DNA of 63,623 nucleotides, the filler included, from Saprolegnia diclina VS20 (lineage: Eukaryota): the NCBI RefSeq assembly GCF_000281045.1. It is 6 parts of 2 records of this genome, joined end to end, with 100 filler letters (N's around TTAATTAATTAA, not from the genome) between each part and the next. Parts side by side here need not be neighbours in the genome. Positions count along the whole stretch, not along the records: positions 54,636 to 63,623 come from NW_008246123.1; 5 more parts are not named here. The stretch is one strand, 5' to 3'. The first letter of the stretch is position 1. Each line of letters begins with the position of its first letter. A model generated the notes under the pieces. It made no database searches. It had not been told where the DNA came from and worked only from the letters and a program-made list of their open reading frames with translations. Shown here piece by piece: positions 55,759 to 63,623 of this stretch. A program made the translations under genes and the position numbers.

Positions 55759-57480
55759 ATGGCGACATCCCAGAGGTTTGGTGTGTGCGACCTCGAAGAG
55801 CGCGTCTCGTACATCCAGTCGGCGACGCTCAGCACCAAGACACCCAACTATGCTCAGGCAAAGACACCCAACGAGCTCGAAAATGGCGCGCTCGTTGCCG
55901 GCGGTGCGCTCACGCTCCTGTCGCGGGAGGCCGTCGCGCTCTTCTCGCAGTACTTTGCGATCGGTATCATCTACGGCATGCTCCCGGGCCTTCAGTACCC
56001 GGTGTTCAACAACTACTTGCGCATGGAAGGCTACCAAACGTCGGCGTACAGCGTGCTCGTCGCGCTCGGCTGGTCGTTCAAGGTCTTCTTTGGCATGCTC
56101 TCGGACTGTGTCCCGATTTTTGGCTACCGCCGCAAGCCGTACATGCTTCTGGGGTGGACACTGGCGACGGTCTGCCTCTGCGTCATGACGTTCACACCGT
56201 TCGGCGCGCCGTACTGCGACGGTCGCTTCACCAAATGCCCAAGCGTGACGCCCCCGATCGCCAACCTCACACGCGACGACAAGCTGCAATACTACAACTT
56301 TGACGCGCCCAACGGCGGTACCAAGTTTATCGTGCTCTCGGTCATCGTCGGCTTTGGCTACGTCATGGCCGACTGCGCGGCGGATGCGATGGTCGTCGAG
56401 TACGCCCAGCGCGAGCCCGAGGCCATTCGTGGCCGCACCCAGACAGCAATCTACACGAGCCGCTACGTTGGCACGATGCTCGCGCAACTCTGCATCGCGT
56501 TCCTCCTCAACGGCAAGGTCTACGGCGGCTCGTTCGACTACGCCGTGACGCCGAATGTCATGTACGCCATCTGCCTCGGTCCATGCTTCCTCATCGTGCT
56601 CAGCACGCTCTTCGTCCTCGTCGAAGTCAAGTCAAACCGAACGCCGTTTGTAGAATGGGTCGAAAGCTTCTGGGGCCTCCTTCAGAAGCGCGTCATGTGG
56701 CAAGTGTGCGGCTTCAAGTTCATCAACCAAGTGTTTGCGTCCTTCTCCGCCACGCCGTCGACGCCGATCTCCAAGACGTGGGCGGGCGTCGAGCCCCTTA
56801 ATGACTCGCTCTCGGGCGTCTTTGGCTCGCTCATCATCTCGGTCATCATGGTCATCGTCGGCAAGTGGGGTCTCCACTGGAACTGGCGCTACGTCATTGC
56901 GCTCGGTACGATCGGCATTCTCATCATTGACTCAATCGTGGTGTTTGTCACCGTCTGGAACATCTTTCGCAACCAGTGGTTTTTCAACGGCGTCGCGCTC
57001 GCCGAGAACGTTCCGTCCGGCATTCGCTTCATCGTCTCGACATACTGCGCTGTCGAGATTGCTGATGTCGGTAACGAAGGCGCGACCTACGGCTTGGTCA
57101 CGACGGTCTCCAACTTGGCGTCGCCATTTGCGTCCGTGCTCTACAAGCTCGTCGACTCGTTCTTTGACGTTTCGCAGACCGACATCTCGCGCGACGACAC
57201 CGCCGTGCGCTGGGAGGTCACGTACTGCTACCTCATTGCGTACGCCAGCAAGCTCTTCTCGCTCGTGTGGCTGTTCCTGCTGCCGCCCCAGAAGGCGGAG
57301 ATGCAAGCGCTCAAGAAGCGCGGTGAGACGAGCAAGCTTGCCGGCGGTCTCCTCGTTGCCGTCTTTGTGGTCGCGCTCGCCTTCTCGGTGACGTCCAACT
57401 TTATGTCGATTTACCCATCCACCAAGTGCTACCGCATTGCCGGCGGCAAGGGCACCGTCAACGGCTCGTGCCCCAAGTAA
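55759..57480 (+). CDS. Folate-biopterin transporter (FBT/BT1, MFS)
   Basis: GWSFKVFFGMLSDC.PIFGYRRKPY, ADAMVVEYAQREP, GNEGATYGL, LLPPQK. Confidence 0.92.
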   Translation: MATSQRFGVCDLEERVSYIQSATLSTKTPNYAQAKTPNELENGALVAGGALTLLSREAVALFSQYFAIGIIYGMLPGLQYPVFNNYLRMEGYQTSAYSVLVALGWSFKVFFGMLSDCVPIFGYRRKPYMLLGWTLATVCLCVMTFTPFGAPYCDGRFTKCPSVTPPIANLTRDDKLQYYNFDAPNGGTKFIVLSVIVGFGYVMADCAADAMVVEYAQREPEAIRGRTQTAIYTSRYVGTMLAQLCIAFLLNGKVYGGSFDYAVTPNVMYAICLGPCFLIVLSTLFVLVEVKSNRTPFVEWVESFWGLLQKRVMWQVCGFKFINQVFASFSATPSTPISKTWAGVEPLNDSLSGVFGSLIISVIMVIVGKWGLHWNWRYVIALGTIGILIIDSIVVFVTVWNIFRNQWFFNGVALAENVPSGIRFIVSTYCAVEIADVGNEGATYGLVTTVSNLASPFASVLYKLVDSFFDVSQTDISRDDTAVRWEVTYCYLIAYASKLFSLVWLFLLPPQKAEMQALKKRGETSKLAGGLLVAVFVVALAFSVTSNFMSIYPSTKCYRIAGGKGTVNGSCPK

Positions 57481-57849
57481 CCCAGTAGCGTTCACTCTAG
57501 TATTGCTCTTTATACATGTTGAACAACCAATGCTTTCGCCTTTGTCCAGCCGACGACTAGCTAAGATCTAATTGCATGGACCAATCGCATGCGACCTCAC
57601 CAGCCGTGGTGCGTGTTCCGCCTGCCACGCCATAGACTATATATTTGTAGTGCATACATTAATGTAGTTGGTGACGTGGCGTCGTATTTGCCGAGTGCAC
57701 CATCGACGCAGCGAATTCCGGTGATTTGATTGGTCGCCAATGTATCCGAGTGCAAGTTCGCGAATTCCAAACCCTTCGTTAACCAACTGCAAGGAGATCC
57801 GTGGACGGACCACCCGCCACCATCAATTGATCGACTGTCTCGACGACCA

Positions 57850-59490
57850 ATGCGGACGACCCAGCGTGAGAAGGCGCCTATTCTCGGCGATAAGGGCGCA
57901 GCGTACGGAGCAGCGACCGCCTCAGTCGACCTCGAAGACGGCGGCGCGCTTGTGCCCGGGCACACGCTCTCGCTCATCTCGCAAGAAGCGCTCGCGCTCT
58001 TCTCGCAGTACTTTGCCATCGGCATTCTGTACGGCATGCTGCCAGGGCTCAAGTACCCGGTGTTCAACAACTATCTGCACATGGAAGGCTACCAAACATC
58101 GGCGTACGGCGTCCTCATCTACATTGGGTGGTCGTTCAAGGTCTTCCTCGGCATGCTCTCAGACTGCTTTCCGCTCTTTGGCTATCGCCGCAAGCCGTGG
58201 ATGCTCCTTGGGTGGGCGATCGCGACCTTTGGACTCTGTCTCATGACCTTCTCGCCGTTTCCTGCGCCGTACTGCGACGACGCGTGTCTCGCCAAGATGG
58301 CCACCTTCAACGTTGACGCGCCCAACAGCGGCTTCAAATTCATTGTGCTCTCGGTCCTCGTCGGCTTTGGCTACGTCATGGCCGACTGCGCGGCCGACGC
58401 GATGGTCGTCGAGTACGCCCAGCGCGAACCCGCCGCGGTCCGCGGGCGCACACAAACCGCGGTCTACACGAGCCGGTACATGGGCCAGATGCTCGCGCAG
58501 TGCTCGATCGCGTTCCTTCTCAACGGACCTGCGTACGGCGGGTCGTTTACGTTTAGCGTGTCCCCGAATGTCATGTACGGCATCTGCCTCGTGCCGTGTG
58601 CGCTCATCGTGCCCAGCACGCTGCTCTTCCTCGTCGAAGTGCCCTCCGCCAAAGTCTCGTTTGCCGACTGGGTGGCCAACTTTTGGGGCCTTCTCCAGAA
58701 GCGCGTCATGTGGCAGATCTGCGCCTTCAAGTTCCTCAACTCGGCCTTCTCGAGCTTTGCGGCAACGCCAAGCGCACCCATTGCGCGGACGTGGGCGGGC
58801 GTCGAGCCTGTCAACGACGCCATCGCCGGTGTCCTTGGGTCGCTTCTCATGTCGGTCATCATGGCCGTTGTCGGCAAGTGGGGTCTGGCCTGGAACTGGC
58901 GCTACGTCATTGCGCTCAGCACGATCGGTATCATCCTCATTGATGCACTCGCCGTGTTTGTGACGGTCTGGGACGTCTTCCGCAACCAGTGGTTCTACAA
59001 CGGCGTCGTCCTCGCCGAGAAGATCCCCGACGGCATCCGCTTCATGGTGGCGTCCTACTGCGCCGTCGAGATCGCGGACGTCGGCAACGAAGGCGCCACG
59101 TACGGGCTCGTGACGACGGTCGGCAACCTTGCGACGCCGTTCGCCTCTGTCTTTTACAAGCTCGCCGACTCGGTGTTTGATGTGACGCAAACAGACATTG
59201 CCCGCGACGACGACGTGGTCAAGTGGCAAGTGACGTACTGCTTTCTCCTCTCGTATGCAGTCAAGTTGGCCGCGCTCCTCTGGCTCTTCCTGCTGCCGCC
59301 GCAGAAGCAAGCGCTGCAGCAGATGAAGAAGAGCGGCGGTTCGAGTCGCCTTGCGGGCGGGATCGTCGTCACTGTCTTTTGCTTTGCCCTTGCTTTCTCC
59401 GTGACGACCAACTTTATGTCGATCTACCCCGCAACCAAGTGCTACCGCATTGCTGGCGGCCAGGGCACCGTCAACGGCTCGTGTTTCTAA
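57850..59490 (+). CDS. Folate-biopterin transporter (FBT/BT1, MFS)
   Basis: Same motifs; tandem paralog of 55759-57480. Confidence 0.92.
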   Translation: MRTTQREKAPILGDKGAAYGAATASVDLEDGGALVPGHTLSLISQEALALFSQYFAIGILYGMLPGLKYPVFNNYLHMEGYQTSAYGVLIYIGWSFKVFLGMLSDCFPLFGYRRKPWMLLGWAIATFGLCLMTFSPFPAPYCDDACLAKMATFNVDAPNSGFKFIVLSVLVGFGYVMADCAADAMVVEYAQREPAAVRGRTQTAVYTSRYMGQMLAQCSIAFLLNGPAYGGSFTFSVSPNVMYGICLVPCALIVPSTLLFLVEVPSAKVSFADWVANFWGLLQKRVMWQICAFKFLNSAFSSFAATPSAPIARTWAGVEPVNDAIAGVLGSLLMSVIMAVVGKWGLAWNWRYVIALSTIGIILIDALAVFVTVWDVFRNQWFYNGVVLAEKIPDGIRFMVASYCAVEIADVGNEGATYGLVTTVGNLATPFASVFYKLADSVFDVTQTDIARDDDVVKWQVTYCFLLSYAVKLAALLWLFLLPPQKQALQQMKKSGGSSRLAGGIVVTVFCFALAFSVTTNFMSIYPATKCYRIAGGQGTVNGSCF

Positions 59491-60731
59491 TTTCATCTTT
59501 GTACTCGCTTTTGATAGTGTCTGCGTGTGTTCTTCATGCGCCTATTGTTTTTACGGGTGAGTATGGGGACTGCCGGCGCGGAAGGGTTGCGGGCAGCGCG
59601 ACCGATCCGATTCCTAAAAACCAACTACCGACGACGTGCTGTGTGTATGGACAAAGCTATTAGTCGACGCGTCCATGGATCAGCCTCGTGGGATGTGAAG
59701 ATCGCACTCAACCCGTGTCGAAAGTGAACCCGATACCATGGATCTTCTGAGGGAGCCACGACTTGAGGCAAATCTCGCAGAGCGCGTTGGGCTAGTGTGT
59801 CTCATCTGAAAGCATTTGATTGAGCGAACGACAGTCCGCAGCAACGTGTTGCGAGCGGTTCCGATAGCCTTTTAGGTAGCAGCCTACACCAACGCGAGGC
59901 CAAGATGCAAAATCGTCGCAGCGTTTGCTTATCGTTGGCTTCTTCGTAAGGAGCGACATCGTTTGACGGCTTCGCTCGACCATTACGGCCGGAGCACTTC
60001 GGAGCGGTCCCAGCGTCACTTACTTGTGTGTGTTCTTTGTGATTAGAGCGCCGACATGACGGGCAATTGGTCGTCTCGATCGACGCCGAGACGCCTCCAT
60101 TATGCGCAGTAAGTCTAAGTGCGCGGTCGAGCCGACGCGACTGGCTCCCCTCGTTATGCCGCGACATCACCTTGGACGCACTCTATGACCGCGCCCGAAG
60201 GTCAGGAGACCTAATATTGAACACGGGACACGGATGGTACGAGCTGGAGAGTATGAAGGACCCTCTGCTGCATCCACCTCATACAAGCCGTCATGCGCTA
60301 TCGTCGGCATGGCTGCCTCATTCAGGCGCTGCTTAAGCTAACGTACCTCTGGTCCCGTTGACTATCATTTCTTAGGCCCTTCTTGGGCCCTCCTAAGACT
60401 GTTCTTAGGCGAGCCTATGCCAATGGAGTTGGTGGACGGGCACCTGTGTTGCCAGCATTCGCGTCTTCATCGAGGCTTTTGCCAGCACTATGCAAGCGTG
60501 TACTAGTACCAAGGATCAACACGCTCGTGTCGCGATCGGACGGGAGAATTTTTGGCCGAGCGTTCTGGCGGGAACGGCACATAATGATTTCGGCCAAATC
60601 AGATACTGCCATCATCATGAGCACTGAGTTGGTGGTTGGCTACTCGTAGTACTACGTCCTATAGCAGCTTGAGGGGAAAAGAGTGGCGCGCATGCATTGT
60701 GGCAACGTGGCGCGGCGAGTAAACGCCCTAT

Positions 60732-62213
60732 ATTGGTACCATTGGTCGCAGTAGGTCTATGACGGTATTTGCGCTGGTGCCAAAATCACTCGCAACTCAG
60801 ATCGCAACAAACGTAGCACCACCCAGCTCAGCGGGAAGAGACGGCGTCAGCAGTGATTTTTCATTGCACGGCGGCGTAAAAGAACATTGAAGACAACAGA
60901 AGTAGATCTGAGCACGCGCAACCCACGACCTGCAAGGGGACACGTTAGAAGGACTTGGCGAGCTCGACGAGAACGAGTACTTGGCAAGCCTCATGACCAA
61001 TCCCGCCGCTGCCTTTAAAGTATTTTCAAGGCCCAGAGCGCTTGGTATCGATCACCTTGTGACGGAAACGCGGGTGCTTGTGCAGCCAGCCACCCATTGA
61101 GCGCAAGGGAAAAAGTTGAACGAACTATCTGAGTTGGACGGTGGTTGATCGCGCTGCATGTTGTTCGCCTTCTGTGCGCCCGATACAAAAACCAAGTGCT
61201 ACGACCACACGCAACATCGTGGATGCTACGGCAAGCTCCGAAGCTCCATAGAAACCTGTTGCATCTGGTGAAAACTTGAGGCGAAGTTGACCTTTGCGTC
61301 CACGTCACACCGTTACGATCCNNNNNNNNNNNNNNNNNNNNNNNNNNNNNNNNNNNNNNNNNNNNNNNNNNNNNNNNNNNNNNNNNNNNNNNNNNNNNNN
61401 NNNNNNNNNNNNNNNNNNNNNTTACGACATTTTCACCTTACGACGCCGGTGAAAAATGTGGGTTTTGGTGTGGTGATAGGCCGACGGGTCCGCAGCATCG
61501 CATGCCTTTGTCAAAGACCTTTGCCAAGAGACCACGCGAATAAATTCTTAGTGGGCTCACACACGATAATAGAACGCGGAGTATCAAGTACGATTATACT
61601 GAGTCCAACGAATGTGTTATTTCATTGGTACCATTGGTCGCAGTAGGTCTATGACGGTATTTGCGCTGGTGCCAAAATCACTCGCAACTCAGATCGCAAT
61701 AAACGTAGCACCACCCAGCTCAGCGGGAAGAGACGGCGTCAGCAGTGATTTTTCATTGCACGGCGGCGTAAAAGAACATTGAAGACAACAGAAGTAGATC
61801 TGAGCACGCGCAACCCACGACCTGCAAGGGGACACGTTAGAAGGACTTGGCGAGCTCGACGAGAACGAGTACTTGGCAAGCCTCATGACCAATCCCGCCG
61901 CTGCCTTTAAAGTATTTTCAAGGCCCAGAGCGCTTGGTATCGATCACCTTGTGACGGAAACGCGGGTGCTTGTGCAGCCAGCCACCCATTGAGCGCAAGG
62001 GAAAAAGTTGAACGAACTATCTGAGTTGGACGGTGGTTGATCGCGCTGCATGTTGTTCGCCTTCTGTGCGCCCGATACAAAAACCAAGTGCTACGACCAC
62101 ACGCAACATCGTGGATGCTACGGCAAGCTCCGAAGCTCCATAGAAACCTGTTGCATCTGGTGAAAACTTGAGGCGAAGTTGACCTTTGCGTCCACGTCAC
62201 ACCGTTACGATCC
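60732..62213 (+). repeat. 590-bp direct repeat (60732-61321 and 61624-62213) on either side of a gap
   Basis: The copies look identical apart from one C/T difference seen by eye; the first copy ends at the N run. Confidence 0.9.
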
Positions 62214-63372
62214 ACTGCGATTGCGAAGCTGGCCGGGTACGTCCCACTGTTTTAGAAAGGACCCGACCACAAATCAGGTGCCGCACCAGCTGTCGAACCA
62301 AGTGCAAGCACAAGACGAAGCAGATGGCATCGCATCTGGGTTGGTCGTTGGGCCCGAGGTTGGCCCGAAGGCCCGAGCCACAAAGTGTTAGAAAAAGCAA
62401 AAACACACCAAATCGTGTTATAACCGAAGCATCATCAACCCATAGTGATAACGTCGTCAATGCCAATAAGGGTCGAGGTGATTATGGCGGCATCACTCGA
62501 ATATACTCGTATCTTGTACCCAGTCTTGTGCCTGTGTGGGTAAATACCCTTTTATTCTCTAGCGACCACAACACAGGGCCAAGTTGATGCATGCTACGTC
62601 TTTAATTGGTTAGGGCCAGTGACCACGACCTGGTATCGGTATCGTCGGCATGTCGAACTATGGCTACCAGTTACAACACAACTCGTGCAAGGCCACAAGG
62701 TGGATTTCCCTTCTAAGGCCTCGTCGAGCATACAGGCACTTGGCTGGACCCGGCATAGAGCGACCAAGGCGTATCCTACACGCCGGGCCCCGAGTTGGTG
62801 TTCGGACAAGACAAATGGGTCGGGCCCACCGCGCATAGTACTGCGCAACATCTAGCCTCAGGAACTCCCATGGCACGATCATGGGTACCCATACCCTTGA
62901 TTCAAGCCATAGAAAGGGCAGTGTCCAACGGCTGCGTTATCACGGCAGCACGAGAGTTCTAAGCAGGGGAGCGTGTGGATTTAGGCGTAGCTGTGTAGTG
63001 TACTGAGCCTAACTGTATCTGGGAGCTTCACCAAGATGAGGCCCGCGCTTCTGACAGAAGATGAATGCTTCTAGGACCCACAATTTCAAAACGCTGTCGA
63101 GCGACTATGCATGACCGGACAGGCGATCGAGGGTAGGGGTGTGAGGTGAAAACTGGTGCTTGTTGGTTGTTGCAGATACCCACATCCATTCTCGAGATAT
63201 GACGTCTAGATCTTGAACGCTCCGGATCACTCGGTCTCCGCGTGGCTGCTTCAACAAGTTCCCATCAACGAGCTTTGCGTACTCTGGCAACAACGAGTCG
63301 ATACACTTTTGGCGGTTCCCAACTTTGGTGGCGTGTATTCACTTTTGCTTTTGCCACTTGGACATCAACAGG

Positions 63373-63623
63373 ATGACAACTGTCGCCAAGGACCTCGGCG
63401 ATCTCCAAGAGCGTGTCTCGTACCTGCAGTCGGCGACCAACGACAAGCAGCGCGCTGCGGACGGCGAGTACGCCGATGCCAAGACACCCAACGAGCTCGA
63501 GGACGGCGCGCTCGTCGCCGGCGGTGCGCTCTCGCTCGCCTCGCGTGAAGCACTCGGTCTCCTCTCGCAGTACTTTGCGATCGGTATCCTGTACGGCATG
63601 CTCCCGGGCCTTCAGTACCCGGT
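63373..63623 (+). CDS. 5' part of a fifth folate-biopterin transporter (runs off the window)
   Basis: MTTVAKDLGDLQERVSYLQSAT...NELEDGALVAGGALSL...QYFAIGILYGMLPGLQYP. Confidence 0.88.
   Translation, partial: MTTVAKDLGDLQERVSYLQSATNDKQRAADGEYADAKTPNELEDGALVAGGALSLASREALGLLSQYFAIGILYGMLPGLQYP

Noticed and set aside
60732..62213. 590-bp direct repeat as possible LTR pair
   Set aside because: No TG...CA ends, PBS or retroelement ORF, and the first copy ends at a 100-N gap. Most likely uncollapsed haplotypes or contig overlap.

Overview
Eukaryotic, intron-containing, GC-rich scaffold with assembly gaps. It is most likely from an oomycete of the Saprolegniales (inferred from 40-50 nt GT-AG introns, INR/FPR-like core promoters, and expanded LRR-TKL kinase and folate-biopterin transporter families). 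Left to right it contains: an array of LRR receptor-like TKL kinases with one LRR per exon; a head-to-head inverted duplication of a secreted ricin-B lectin gene; and an intact-ORF L1/Tx1-type non-LTR retrotransposon inserted inside a tRNA-Pro(UGG) gene with a perfect 16-bp target-site duplication (the most striking feature). These are followed by an ALDH fragment and a compact housekeeping block (P5A ATPase, catalytically dead trypsin-like membrane protein, HUS1, metaxin, 3R-Myb, PH-like protein, RING-TM protein, 2OG-Fe oxygenase, DEAD-box helicase). The right part holds a PIF/Harbinger-type MITE, a Tc1/mariner fragment, five folate-biopterin transporters, an ankyrin protein, a cyclase-family fragment, a polycystin channel and a multi-TM lipase fusion. 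A small contig at 19.8-20.7 kb looks like the junction of an allelic ~17 kb inversion. All calls are from reading the sequence by eye; no searches were run.
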